NCBI GenBank assembly: GCA_034669905.1
Contig: JAXMOL010000056.1
Span: forward strand, 1-48,069
Source of the DNA: Candidatus Hydrogenedentota bacterium
Lineage (GTDB): Bacteria; Hydrogenedentota; Hydrogenedentia; Hydrogenedentales; JAEUWI01
DNA: 48,069 bases
Reading direction: 5' to 3'
The position numbers and the translations under genes were made by a program. Shown here piece by piece: positions 18,825 through 28,990 of the stretch (positions are counted from its first letter, which is position 1; each line of letters begins with the position of its first letter). The notes beneath the pieces are model-generated. The model ran no database searches, was not told the DNA's origin, and saw only the letters and a program-made list of their open reading frames with translations.

Positions 18825-18858
18825 CGCCCCGGTAGTTCCTGACTGCCGGGGCGTTTTT
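18825..18858 (+). terminator. Rho-independent terminator after argS
   Basis: CGCCCCGGTAGT/ACTGCCGGGGCG stem followed by TTTTT. Confidence 0.8.
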
Positions 18859-19032
18859 CGTTGTAGATATGGCAGGAGGAACCTGAACCCGACCGGCGGT
18901 CGGTTGGGCGCGGGTGGCAGGTGGTATTTTTCAGGACTTGGCGACACGCCATGACAAGCGGGACGCTTATCCCACAAATATACTGATTCCATAAGGAGAC
19001 GACGGTGGGCGTTGTGGAGGAACGCCATAGGG

Positions 19033-19317
19033 CTATTGCGCGACGGGATGGACCACGATCCGGTCTTCTTTTTTTCGCGCCTGGCTCAGGTCGTAGTTCG
19101 CCTGGAGGCGCAGCCAGCCATCGGCCTGGCCCCAGCCCATCTTTTCGAGGCGGAGGGACATTTCTGCCGATATTCCGGACTTTCCGTTGAGCAGGTTGTT
19201 CAGCGTCTGACGGGCTACGCCCAGCGCTTTGGCGGCGTCCGATACGGTGAGTCCCAGGGGCTCGATACAATTGATGCGAATATGTTTGCCGGGGTGGGGC
19301 GGGTTCATCATGGGCAT
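19033..19317 (-). CDS. higA: HigA family antitoxin (Xre HTH)
   Basis: MNPPHPG...LGLTVSDAAKALGVARQTLNNLLNGKSGISAEMSLRL...WLRLQANYDL. Confidence 0.95.
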   Translation of the reverse strand: MPMMNPPHPGKHIRINCIEPLGLTVSDAAKALGVARQTLNNLLNGKSGISAEMSLRLEKMGWGQADGWLRLQANYDLSQARKKEDRIVVHPVAQ

Positions 19318-19331
19318 CGTATGTACTCCTT

Positions 19332-19610
19332 TCAGTGGTAATCCACGAGATCGATGTCGAAGGCTTTTCCTGCTTCGAAGCGGAATATGATGCGCCAGTT
19401 TCCGCTGACTTCGACGGCGAAGTGTCCCCGAAGCTTCCCTCGCAATTCGTGTAGCCGATAGCCCGGCTGACGCACGTGATCGATGCTGTCCGCCGCATCA
19501 AGGTCCGCCAGAATCAACTCGACCTTGTCGAGATGAATGGGGTTTATTTTGCTCGCGTCACCGCGTTCGTATAGACGCCGGAGTCCTTTATGTTTGACGC
19601 TGGCAATCAT
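19332..19610 (-). CDS. higB: HigB/RelE family toxin (plasmid maintenance killer type)
   Basis: MIASVKHKGLRRLYE...PGYRLHELRG...VSGNWRIIFRF...DLVDYH. Toxin lies upstream of the antitoxin. Confidence 0.95.
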   Translation of the reverse strand: MIASVKHKGLRRLYERGDASKINPIHLDKVELILADLDAADSIDHVRQPGYRLHELRGKLRGHFAVEVSGNWRIIFRFEAGKAFDIDLVDYH

Positions 19611-19810
19611 AGGGCACTATACCATAGACAATTGTCACTTGTCGTGGTGTCTCGGTTCTCATGGGTAGATTCGGTATCCCGTGCTTTGGTGAAGGGTGGA
19701 AGCCGACATGCGGTCGGTTGGGATCGGGTGGCACGGGGTATTTCTTGGGGCTTGGTGACACGCTATGACACACGGGACCCGTAGCTCAGCATTGTTAGTA
19801 AATATATTGT

Positions 19811-19838
19811 TTGACTTCTAACGATGATGTGGTATACT
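19811..19838 (+). promoter_or_regulatory. Sigma70-type promoter of the DUF2339 gene
   Basis: TTGACT, 16 nt, (TGG)TATACT; GGAGG RBS before ATG 19884. Confidence 0.6.
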
Positions 19839-19883
19839 GATTCCGTAACGAGACGCCGGTGGGCGTTGTGGAGGAACGGGATC

Positions 19884-22800
19884 ATGGAATTGCGTGAGGA
19901 AATACAGGTCATTCGCCGCGAGTTGCGGGGGGTGGAGCGGAATGTGGCCCAGCTGACCTTGCGGCTGGATGTGGTGGAGGCGCGCCAGCAAGCGGAGGCG
20001 CGGAATCCCTTATCAGAGGGGATTGGGACGCCCGACGCTGCGACCGTGACGGAGGCAATTACGCCGACTGTGGAAAAAGCCACGCCTTCGGTGGCCAAGA
20101 TCGAATTGCCGCCGCCCCTGCCTGCTGCGCCGTTGGAATCGAAAAAGCCCGCTGCCAAGCCTGATTCCGCGACCCGGGAACGGATCGCACAGGTGGAAAA
20201 GGCCTTCGTGCCCGACGCGAAGCCCGTCCCGAAAGGGGCCCCGCCCAAGATTAAGAAGCCCCGACGCTTTGGTCCGCCCGAGGGCATGAGTTTTGAGATG
20301 GCGCTGGGCAGCTACTGGGCGCCCCGGCTGGGCATGTTACTGGTAGCGATCGGGACGGTTTGGGGCTTTACCTATGTGGCCCAGCAGTTTCACGACGCCC
20401 TCTGGATGCCCTACGCCCGCGTGGCCCTGGGCTATGGGCTGAGTCTGGGCCTTCTCGGCGTGGGCCGCACGCTCGAAGCCAAATACACGAATTACGCGCG
20501 CATCCTCATGGGCGGTGGCCTGGGGCTGCTGTACTTTGTGACCTTCGCCACGTGGTACATCCCTGCGACCCGCATCGCGCCGAGCCAGGAATTTACCCTG
20601 GGGCTGTTGGGGCTGCTTGTCCTGGGCTGGGGGGCCCTGGCCCAGTGGCGCAAGTCCCAACCCATTGCCCTGACCATGACCCTGCTGGGCCATTTTACCG
20701 TGGCCCTGTCGACCCTTTCCCTCGCCTCACCGAGTCGCGCGGCGGTGGGGGGCTTGCTGGTCTTGGGAATCGGGAGTGCGTTCTTCCTCATCCGCAACGG
20801 CTGGTATCTGGTGGCCTATTCGGCCATGGTGGGCAGTTACCTCAACCAGTTTTTCTGGCTGAGCCGCTCGCCGGGCAGCGAGCTCCCGGCCGACTTTACG
20901 GTGGGCATGCTCATCCTGGTGGCCTACCTCGTGACCTACGCCGTGGCCGAATTCCTTACGCCCGTTTCGCGACGCACGGTGGCGCCCCGGGTCCGCACCC
21001 TGTTTGTGGGGCTCAACACCACGGGCTTCGTGGTCTTAAGCTTGGGCCTCGTGCAGGCCTTTCCCTTTGCCCGGCCCTACGATCACCTGCTTTACTTCGC
21101 CACGGCCCTGTTCACCCTGGTATTCGGTGTGCTCTACACCCTGCGTGATAAGACCGACCGGGTGGGCGTGACCTATTTCACCAAAACGTCGGTATTGATT
21201 GCCATTGGCCTGGCGACGTGGCTCGACGGGACGACCCTGACCCTCTCACTGGCCCTGGAGAGCCTCGTGTTGCTCCTGACGGCCCGCTATCGCCGGGAGC
21301 ACAGCGGACGCATCCTGGGGCTGGGTGCGGCCATCCTGACCCTGTTGCACGGCGGCTACGTGTGGGCCGACGGCATGCTCCCTGCCTGGGGTGCCGCGGG
21401 CTTCGGCGGGGAGGCCGCCATTGCGGTGTCCATCGTGGTGATTTTTGGCGTGCTGACAGAGGCTTATCGGGTGACGCCCTGGCACACCTTCCCGGCGCCC
21501 GGTTTCCCCAAGATGCCGGCGCTGAATGCGTGGTGTCGCGTCATGGAAATGCTCCCTGAAGGTGAAGGCACGACGCCCCAGCCCAGCCGCATGACCTGCA
21601 GTCACCTGCTGTCCCTCATGGGCACGGCGTTGGCCGTGGGCTATGTCCATGCCCTGGTGCCCACCCTTTATCAACCCACCGCCGTGTTTATGCTTGCCCT
21701 GGCAACCATCGGCGTAGCCCTCTGGCGCGCATCGGCACCCCTGCTCACCACGACACCCTTCCTGGTCGCGGTGGGTGCCTTCTGGTGGTTGGGCCTCGAC
21801 GCCGTGACGACCACCTGGTTGAACGGGCCCTGGCGCGTTTTCTTCCTCAGCGCCCTGCCGCTGTTGGCCGTGTCGGAGTTGATGCGCCAATTTGTCCCCA
21901 CCCGCATGGCGTCCTTCGCCCGGCACGACGACATCCAGGGGAGCTGGCAACGAAACGCCCTGCTCCTGGCCCATGGGATGGCCCTGACGGCTGGGGTCGT
22001 GTTTGGCGTCTACCTCCAGCGCTTCGGATCGACCGACACGGTAGTGATGTACACCGGGGTGCTTGCCCTGCTGGCCACGGCCTATGCAGCCGGTGTGGGT
22101 GCGGCGAATCTGGGCCTCTTCACCATGGCCATCCTGGTCATCTCCATGCCCTCGGCGATGGTCTATGACCATGCGTACTTCAATTTCTGGCAGTCTGCGG
22201 CAGGCATTGTACTGATGGCGCTGGCGGCGGCGGGTTGCGAATCGCGGGTGGTGGGATCGCGCCCGGGCCTGGCCTTCCAGCGGCTCCTCCCGGCGCCCTA
22301 TGTGCTCTATGGCGTGGTCACCTGGTGGGCCTTCTGGTTCCTCGTCACCCAGTCGCCCGTACGCGTGGCCTTGCTGCTCCTCATGGTCGTGGCGGTCGGT
22401 CAGGCGGCGATGACCCGATGGCTCCACAAAGGCTCGCTGGCGGTCTACGGCACCCTGATGTGCACCGCGACCCTCTACTACTGGTTGCAGGCCGACAGCA
22501 CGGTCCAGGCCGATTCTGCATGGTATATGACCTTCGGGGTGCTTGTTATGGGTGCGTTGATGATGGAGCGGATCTTTGACGGAACCAAGCCTTTTGCGAA
22601 AGCCGTTCCGGGGGCGGTGTTGTTGGTGGTGGCGTGGGTCGCGTGCTATCACTTCAACGACGTGACCGGCGACGGTGCCCAGCGCACCGTGGGGCTGGTA
22701 CTCATGGCCTTTGGCTTCCTCGCCTACGGCGGTATCTTCCGTCGGGGTACGGCCGTGGCCCTTTCCCTCGTGGCGGCGGCCCTGGCGACGGGTCCCCTGT

Positions 22801-23288
22801 TCTTTGGTGCTTACGACGGTGCGACGGTATCGACGGTGGCGGTGGCCTTTGGCTCGGTCATGGCCTATTGGCTGGTGGCCGAGCGGGGTGCCACGTTGGT
22901 GCTGAAACGGACGGGCCTCGAATTATTGCCGGGCCATGCCCCCGTGTTGACCGGGGTCCTGACCTCGCTGCCGGCTTTGTTGGGTATCGTGGGCCTGAGC
23001 AATGTGGATGCCATCCACGACTTTTACCTTACCATCAGTTGGACCGTGTGGGCACTCGTGCTTTTCGCGTGGGCCCTGTTTACCCATCAGTCCTGGTTCC
23101 GCTATGTGGCCCTGGGGACTATCGGCCTCGCCATCAGCCGAGCCTTTCTCGTGGATGTGTGGCAGCTTTCCGGGGGCTACCGCGTGGCCGCCATGATTTT
23201 CCTCGGGCTGGCGCTGTTGGGCGTGGCCTTTGGCTATACCCGCTGGCGTGCGTCGCAGGAGACCGGGGAGGGTGATGGGACGGAATGA
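19884..23288 (+). CDS. DUF2339 family large multi-pass membrane protein
   Basis: N-terminal coiled coil and Pro-rich linker, FEMALGSYWAPRLG, ILMGGGLGLLYF, many TMs, C-terminal AFLVDVWQLSGGYRV. Start ATG 19884 has an RBS. Confidence 0.85.
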   Translation: MELREEIQVIRRELRGVERNVAQLTLRLDVVEARQQAEARNPLSEGIGTPDAATVTEAITPTVEKATPSVAKIELPPPLPAAPLESKKPAAKPDSATRERIAQVEKAFVPDAKPVPKGAPPKIKKPRRFGPPEGMSFEMALGSYWAPRLGMLLVAIGTVWGFTYVAQQFHDALWMPYARVALGYGLSLGLLGVGRTLEAKYTNYARILMGGGLGLLYFVTFATWYIPATRIAPSQEFTLGLLGLLVLGWGALAQWRKSQPIALTMTLLGHFTVALSTLSLASPSRAAVGGLLVLGIGSAFFLIRNGWYLVAYSAMVGSYLNQFFWLSRSPGSELPADFTVGMLILVAYLVTYAVAEFLTPVSRRTVAPRVRTLFVGLNTTGFVVLSLGLVQAFPFARPYDHLLYFATALFTLVFGVLYTLRDKTDRVGVTYFTKTSVLIAIGLATWLDGTTLTLSLALESLVLLLTARYRREHSGRILGLGAAILTLLHGGYVWADGMLPAWGAAGFGGEAAIAVSIVVIFGVLTEAYRVTPWHTFPAPGFPKMPALNAWCRVMEMLPEGEGTTPQPSRMTCSHLLSLMGTALAVGYVHALVPTLYQPTAVFMLALATIGVALWRASAPLLTTTPFLVAVGAFWWLGLDAVTTTWLNGPWRVFFLSALPLLAVSELMRQFVPTRMASFARHDDIQGSWQRNALLLAHGMALTAGVVFGVYLQRFGSTDTVVMYTGVLALLATAYAAGVGAANLGLFTMAILVISMPSAMVYDHAYFNFWQSAAGIVLMALAAAGCESRVVGSRPGLAFQRLLPAPYVLYGVVTWWAFWFLVTQSPVRVALLLLMVVAVGQAAMTRWLHKGSLAVYGTLMCTATLYYWLQADSTVQADSAWYMTFGVLVMGALMMERIFDGTKPFAKAVPGAVLLVVAWVACYHFNDVTGDGAQRTVGLVLMAFGFLAYGGIFRRGTAVALSLVAAALATGPLFFGAYDGATVSTVAVAFGSVMAYWLVAERGATLVLKRTGLELLPGHAPVLTGVLTSLPALLGIVGLSNVDAIHDFYLTISWTVWALVLFAWALFTHQSWFRYVALGTIGLAISRAFLVDVWQLSGGYRVAAMIFLGLALLGVAFGYTRWRASQETGEGDGTE

Positions 23289-24149
23289 GGCCACGCTTAC
23301 CCAGGGACTGTCTCGCCCAACGGGACGTTTTTGAGAGCCGGTGATTGTGGACGGCGTTGACGTGATGTCCTTTGGATGCCTTCACGTACCTGACAACGTG
23401 GGGCGAGGCAGTCCCTGATCGTGTTTTGCCCCGTGTGCTTTCTTGGGTTCCGGAGACGAGTGGGACAGGTGGGACCCGTGGGACGGAATGAGGCCACGCG
23501 TACTCAGGGACTGTCTCGCCCAACGGGACGTTTTTGAGAGCCGATGATTGTGGACGGCGTGGGATGTGGTGTTGGCTATGAAACAGGTGACTGGGCGTGG
23601 CTGTCCCGTCGGTGGTGAGGTTTGCGGCGAGTCGTCCTTCGCGACGACGGGACAGCCACCGCCGTCTTTGTTTGCGTGTGTGTGGACGGTTTTCATGGTG
23701 TTTCTTGGGTGGCTGCTGGTACCTGGCAACGCGGGCTCGGCCGTCCCTGGGACTTTCGCTTTGTGGGATAAGCGTCCCGCTTGTCATGGCGTGTCGGTGT
23801 GTTGACCGGAAACCGTGATGTTCTTTGGCGATGGAGCTTTCTTGCCTTAGCGGTCGGTACCCGTGAAGGTGTTGGCAGGCTTTGTGTCAGGCGAGACGCC
23901 TAACTCACGATGGGCCGTACCTTGGGAGGCGTGGCTTTGTGGGTGAAGGGACAACGTGGGGCGAGGCAGTCCCGTCGTTGGCGAGGATTGCGGCGAGTCA
24001 TCCTTCGCAACGACGGGACAGCCACCGCCGTCTGCGCTTGTGGTTGTGGGGGGCGTTGACGTGATGTCCTTTGGATGCCTTCACGTACCTGACAACGTGG
24101 GGCGAGGCAGTCCCTGATCGTGTTTTGCACCGCGTGCTTTTTTGGGTTC
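23276..24149. repeat. Mosaic intergenic repeat cluster (BIME-like)
   Basis: 82-bp DR 23276-23357/23479-23560 (includes the DUF2339 stop). 98-bp DR 23353-23450/24052-24149. Inverted pair CAGGGACTGTCTCGCCC/GGGCGAGGCAGTCCCTG. Hairpins ending CGACGGGACAGCCACCGCCGTC at ~23645 and ~24011. Confidence 0.9.
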
Positions 24150-24206
24150 GGGGCGGGGGGGCCGTTAGAATAGCCGGGTGTGTAAACCCGACGGAGATTT
24201 CGTTTC

Positions 24207-25628
24207 ATGTTGCCTTTTACCTTTCGTCTCGTTGTCCTTGTGACGTGCTTTTTCAGCGGTCTTGTTGCATTCGCTGGGGAGCGTCCCAACATCCTGTTTA
24301 TCCTGACGGATGACCAGGGGCCCTGGGCCATGACGAATGCGGGGAATCCTGATGCGGATACGCCGGGGATGGATCGCCTGGCGGCGGAGGGGGCGACGTT
24401 CAGCAACTTTTTCGTGACCACGCCCGTGTGTTCGCCGTCGCGGGTGGGGCTTTTGACAAGCCGCTATGGTTCGGAAGTGGGGATCACCGATTGGATTGCA
24501 CCCCGGGGGGGCAATAACCGGGTAAATGAATCGCACCTCGGGTTGGACCCGTCCCTCCCGACGTGGGTGCGGGCGCTGCGCGATGCGGGGTATAGCACGG
24601 GGCTCGTGGGCAAGTGGCACCTGGGGACTCAGGATGAGTTTCTGCCCCAACACTTTGGCTATGATTTCTTTTACGGCTTCCGCGAAGGAGGCGCTAAGGT
24701 GGTGAATCCCGAGCTGGAGCACGAGGGCGTGGTGGCGGTGGAGGAGGGGCTGACGACCGACCTCATCACCGACAAGGCCCTGGCCTATATGCAAGAGGTG
24801 GGCGAGCAGGACAAGCCCTTCCTGTTGTCGGTGCATTACCGTGCGCCCCACGCGCCCTGGAAGCCGGTGGCCGAATCGGATGAAGCCCACGTGAAAGACC
24901 GGGACCTGACCTTGCCCACGCCCGATGTGGACAATCTGGATGTGCCGCGGATGGACCGCATCATGCGCGAATACCTGGCGAGTGTGGCCGGGGTGGACCG
25001 AAACGTGCGCCGCATGCTCCACCTGTTGGATGAGACGGGCTGGGCGAAGAACACGGTGGTGATCTTCACCAGCGACCACGGCTACAACGTGGGTCACCAC
25101 GGCATCCTGCACAAGGGCAACGGATCGTGGCTTACGTTGAAGGGGACCGAGCCCTATGGCCGGCGTCCCAATATGTTTGATACGTCCATGCGGGTGCCCG
25201 CTATCGTGCGGTGGCCTGGTGTGGTAGCGCCGGGTTCTACGGTGGACACGACAGTGACCAACCTCGACTGGTTTCCCACCCTGCTCGCCATGGCCGGGGT
25301 CGGGATGAAAGAGGACACGTTGATTCATCGCCGCAGTTTCTTGCCCCTGTTGAAAGGGGAGTCCATTCCCTGGGAAGAAAGTTTTTATGGCGAGTATGGC
25401 ATGCACCATTATGAGGTATGTGACATGCGGGTCTATCGCACGCCGGAATGGAAACTCCTCCGCGATTTTCGACGCCCTGGAAAAGATGAGCTCTATCACC
25501 TCTCCAAAGACCCGGGAGAAAGGCGCAACCTCATTGATGACCCCGCGTATGCGGCGCAGCGCCATCTGCTCAGCCAGCAACTGAATGCCCATCACGCCAG
25601 GCTGGAAGCGAGTCGATTGCAGCAGTAG
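24207..25628 (+). CDS. Formylglycine-dependent sulfatase
   Basis: RPNILFILTDD, CSPSR (CxPxR), GKWHLG, APH, FTSDHG, KGN; signal peptide. Confidence 0.93.
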   Translation: MLPFTFRLVVLVTCFFSGLVAFAGERPNILFILTDDQGPWAMTNAGNPDADTPGMDRLAAEGATFSNFFVTTPVCSPSRVGLLTSRYGSEVGITDWIAPRGGNNRVNESHLGLDPSLPTWVRALRDAGYSTGLVGKWHLGTQDEFLPQHFGYDFFYGFREGGAKVVNPELEHEGVVAVEEGLTTDLITDKALAYMQEVGEQDKPFLLSVHYRAPHAPWKPVAESDEAHVKDRDLTLPTPDVDNLDVPRMDRIMREYLASVAGVDRNVRRMLHLLDETGWAKNTVVIFTSDHGYNVGHHGILHKGNGSWLTLKGTEPYGRRPNMFDTSMRVPAIVRWPGVVAPGSTVDTTVTNLDWFPTLLAMAGVGMKEDTLIHRRSFLPLLKGESIPWEESFYGEYGMHHYEVCDMRVYRTPEWKLLRDFRRPGKDELYHLSKDPGERRNLIDDPAYAAQRHLLSQQLNAHHARLEASRLQQ

Positions 25629-25730
25629 GCAGGGCGTCTCAGCTGTGCAGGGGTCTTACATTGCGGCGTGGGCGTGGGCTTCGTTATGGTGGGGCCTTCG
25701 TTGACCCCAGTCCTTATCTCGGTGGAATAT

Positions 25731-26549
25731 ATGCAGTTTCTCGATTACGATACGATGGTAGAGCGTCCGGTCACCCATACGTTTAAGAATGCCTCCTGGC
25801 GGAGTTTGGCCTGGGTAGTCCTCATCATGGCCGTGATAACCGCCTATGTGGCCATTCCCAAGGGCGAAGCCACGAACCCGGTGCTCATCGCGGTACCGGC
25901 CTTTGCGACGTTGTTTTTTACCTGTCTCCTGCTATGGCATGTACGGCAGTGCAACAACCGGCGGAACTGGCTGGTGAAGGCGACAGACCAGGGTATATTT
26001 CTCAATCTTCAGTCCAACGTGCACGTCCCGTTGGCGAAGGACGTGCCCGGGGTGGTCTTTATTCCGGACAAGACGATTGCGTCTGTGACGCGGGTACAGG
26101 AGAACCGGATTATTCCATCGCGGAACGGTCAGTTCAAGAATACCTTTGCCTATTTCGACTTGGCCTTGCATGAGCCAATGCCGGACACCTTCCTGGTGAC
26201 CCTGGCTCAGATTCGGCGGAACCCGGCGATTCGGGGGGCGGTAGGTGTGCGGAAGGACATGTATGCCGGGGTGCGGGTGGAAGACCAACACACCATTCGC
26301 CTGGTGTGGGATTGGATGACGCCCCGGGAGCTGGGGGCGGAGGCGTGGTTTAAGACCCGTTATGCGTTGGGGGAAAAGCGTTCCTTCCGGGCACCGGGCT
26401 GGTCGAAGATGAGTCCCGAAGAGCAGGACGCCTATATCGACACCCTGTGGGAGTGGGGCGACGTGCAGGATGCGGTGCACCTGAAGAGCCTGAAGGAAAC
26501 CATCAGCGAGCGGAAGGCGGCATTGGATTTGGCCGCCCGTCTTGGGTGA
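25731..26549 (+). CDS. Hypothetical membrane protein (2 N-terminal TMs)
   Basis: Long ORF with host-like codon usage, two hydrophobic segments, GGTGGA upstream of ATG 25731. Confidence 0.7.
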   Translation: MQFLDYDTMVERPVTHTFKNASWRSLAWVVLIMAVITAYVAIPKGEATNPVLIAVPAFATLFFTCLLLWHVRQCNNRRNWLVKATDQGIFLNLQSNVHVPLAKDVPGVVFIPDKTIASVTRVQENRIIPSRNGQFKNTFAYFDLALHEPMPDTFLVTLAQIRRNPAIRGAVGVRKDMYAGVRVEDQHTIRLVWDWMTPRELGAEAWFKTRYALGEKRSFRAPGWSKMSPEEQDAYIDTLWEWGDVQDAVHLKSLKETISERKAALDLAARLG

Positions 26550-26760
26550 AGGGTGAATTTAGAATTTCGAATAGTGAATTGAGAATGGTGTGCTTACAGC
26601 CCGTTGAATAGTTGTGCAACGCATTTTCACTGGCCTTCCGCCAGGGCTGGTATGGGGCCGCGCCGTTGGCGCTCATGTCGTTTCATAAAAGCGCCCGTTG
26701 GGTTATCGGAGGGCCAACGGCCCATGAATAGGGGGATTCCGATTTAGAAGGGGGCTCCCT

Positions 26761-27070
26761 GGAGTGCGGCAGCTTGCTGCTGCTTTTCCCCGGGGAGCTT
26801 GCTCCCCACCCCTGCACGTGCCCTTAGTTGCCGAGCAGCCGACCGAAGTCGCGCGCACGCTCGCTCCGTAAGGGCGTAAGCAAGCGTACGCACTCCGAAG
26901 GGCCTTTGGTCTTTCGGAGGGCGAACGCTCCCTGGAGTGCGGCAGCTTGCTGCCGCTTTCGCCCGGGGAGCTTGCTCCCCACTGCGGCACGTGTCTTTGG
27001 GTGCCGACCACTTGGCCCGCGCCGCGAGCAAGCTCGCTTCGTAAAAGCGTAAGCAAGCGTACGCACTCCA
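26761..27070. repeat. Tandem pair of GGAGTGCG-family REPIN-like elements
   Basis: 26761-26896 and 26934-27070, each GGAGTGCGGCAGCTTGCTG...AGCAAGCGTACGCACTCC; inverted relative to 14750-14891. Confidence 0.88.
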
Positions 27071-27216
27071 AGGAGTCCACCGAGCTATCTCGTGGGTGAA
27101 CCTGTTGTTCCGAAAGGGCCCTTGCGTTTCGAAGGGCCCCAGGCACACGAACCTGCGTTACAGGATCGCGTGGCACGGGACGCTTTGCTGGATGTCTGGG
27201 GCACAACGAGTGTATT

Positions 27217-28623
27217 TCAGACCGCTGTCTCTTTCAACAAAGCGCTGATCCCATGGCTCAATTCCCGGCCCGCTTCTTTGGTGTAGGGCGGGATGTCGAG
27301 AATCATGGGTACCGTCATGGCTGCATATTGTCCGCCATCGCCGGGGTTGTAGGATTTCGGGTCGGCCACATAACCGATGAAGCCGTCGGTATAACCCGTG
27401 ATGAGGGTGTGCTCAAAGGGGGAATCGTGGCGGGCCCGGATGCCGTAGAAGCTGAAGAGCTCGGAGGGTTGGAAGGCGAGGCCCACGTTGCCCAGTTGCA
27501 GCGCGCTAATCTGGATGGGGTATTCGGGGGCATCCCATTTCCGGTTGACGTTGGCCTCATACCATTCTTTCGCGAAGCCCGCATCGACCCAGTTGCCACT
27601 GGCACAGGCGGCGGGGTCGGCGGCATAGGTGGCGATCCAGTTGCGGTAGTTTTCGAGGTCGAGGGACATGGCGAAGGTGCTCGTTTGGGCGCGCAAGGTG
27701 TCCACGTCGATGGGTTGCAAATTCGCCATGGCGCCCTGGACGGCGGCGAAGGTCGCGTTGGCCGATTGCTCGGCCCCGCCAATCCACTTTTCGCCGTTGC
27801 CGGGGTTCACATCGCCCGCGTGTCCCTGGAGATAGGAGGGGGTCACGTTGAAGGTCTCGCGGACCCGCTGGGTCACGAGGCCCGGCCAATCGGGACCGGC
27901 TGCGCCGTCGTTGTAGCAGACGGGGTGGGAGGAGAAGTTATACCAGAGGATGTTGTGCTTTCCGTTGCCCCGCTCGAAATAGAGCACCTGCAGTAAGGTG
28001 TCGAGCCAGCGGTCGTCGTCGGAGGCATCGGGACCGAAGACGGCATCGGTCTTCCAGGTCTTGATGGTGCGGTTAAAGTTGGCGCCATCGGCCCGCTGGG
28101 TTCCGATATGGGCGACGCCCTCGGCGCAATCTGCCTGGGCCTGTTGAACCGCCTCCAGGCACTTGTCCTCCACCGATTTCATGTAGGCCTCGGGGGTCTT
28201 GCCCCATTGACGCCAATAGGCAAAGGTGGGCATGGAGTGGGTGTGGGTGGCGCAGAGGCGTACGTTGGCGGCGGGGATACCGGTCTTCTTTTCAACGGCC
28301 TGTTGGACCCGTGCCGTCATGGCGGGGGAGACGCCGGCGATGTCGATGGAAAGGAGGGCCGCCTGGGTGGCGTCTTTTTGGAGCACCAGGGCGCGGACGG
28401 CCGTTTCCTGTCGGATGTCGGTGATGTAGCGGGGGCTTTCCCCTTCTTTGTAGTGGAAGCCTGCCAATTCAATTTGTTTCGGCGGTGTGGAATCGACGTG
28501 GGCCTCCCCCACGCGGAAGGGCGTATTGGCCCGTGCGGAAAGAATCGTGGGGCCGACCATGGCTGCGGTGGCCCCTGCCAGGGTGCGGGTGATGAAGGTA
28601 CGTCGGGATAAAGTCTGTTTCAT
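27217..28623 (-). CDS. Tat-exported neutral/alkaline ceramidase-like amidohydrolase
   Basis: SRRTFI signal; ATHTHS, NFSSHP, DWPG, LQGHAGDVNP, PSELF, GYTDGFIGY motifs. Confidence 0.8.
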   Translation of the reverse strand: MKQTLSRRTFITRTLAGATAAMVGPTILSARANTPFRVGEAHVDSTPPKQIELAGFHYKEGESPRYITDIRQETAVRALVLQKDATQAALLSIDIAGVSPAMTARVQQAVEKKTGIPAANVRLCATHTHSMPTFAYWRQWGKTPEAYMKSVEDKCLEAVQQAQADCAEGVAHIGTQRADGANFNRTIKTWKTDAVFGPDASDDDRWLDTLLQVLYFERGNGKHNILWYNFSSHPVCYNDGAAGPDWPGLVTQRVRETFNVTPSYLQGHAGDVNPGNGEKWIGGAEQSANATFAAVQGAMANLQPIDVDTLRAQTSTFAMSLDLENYRNWIATYAADPAACASGNWVDAGFAKEWYEANVNRKWDAPEYPIQISALQLGNVGLAFQPSELFSFYGIRARHDSPFEHTLITGYTDGFIGYVADPKSYNPGDGGQYAAMTVPMILDIPPYTKEAGRELSHGISALLKETAV

Positions 28624-28990
28624 GGTTGGGATCCTGTGTTTTGCTGATGCCGCATGGATTGTTTGAAACCAGTTTACCTATGGCGGGCGAGGGATGCCAG
28701 TAGGTAGCCGCGCGATCCGGTTTTTCCGCATCGTGCGCCAAAACGCACGAACTCGCCGCGGCGAGTCCGCGACCCTCGTACCTCGGGATCGCGCTGTACG
28801 ACGGGGTGGTTTTGTTGGCATGCGGCTTAACGTGTCAATGAAAAATCACTACACCCACAAAGCCGTTCGTTCCTCACGTCTTTGAAGGTGGCACCCCCGG
28901 TGTTTTTTTTTGGGCTTCGTGATTGCTGTGTTTTTGTAACCGGTGTTATGGTGGAGGAAAGCCCATCCACCAAGAGGGAGTAGCACGACC

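Larger units (their letters stand above)
18889..19878. repeat. Bipartite direct repeats flanking the higBA module
   Basis: 18889-18964 aligns without gaps to 19703-19778 (diverged). 18979-19024 matches 19833-19878 (46 bp, 3 mismatches). 18942-18978 is also the reverse complement of 23760-23796. Confidence 0.88.

Noticed and set aside
23276..24149. Possible CRISPR array
   Set aside because: Repeats are 80-100 bp, irregularly spaced and present in only two copies each, with no constant repeat/unique spacer periodicity and no cas genes.
26703..27206. ORFs over REP clusters (also 14480-15037, 23134-24421, 47738-48049, 15-344)
   Set aside because: They are translations of non-coding repeats; the same peptide fragments recur at each repeat copy and there are no transposase motifs.
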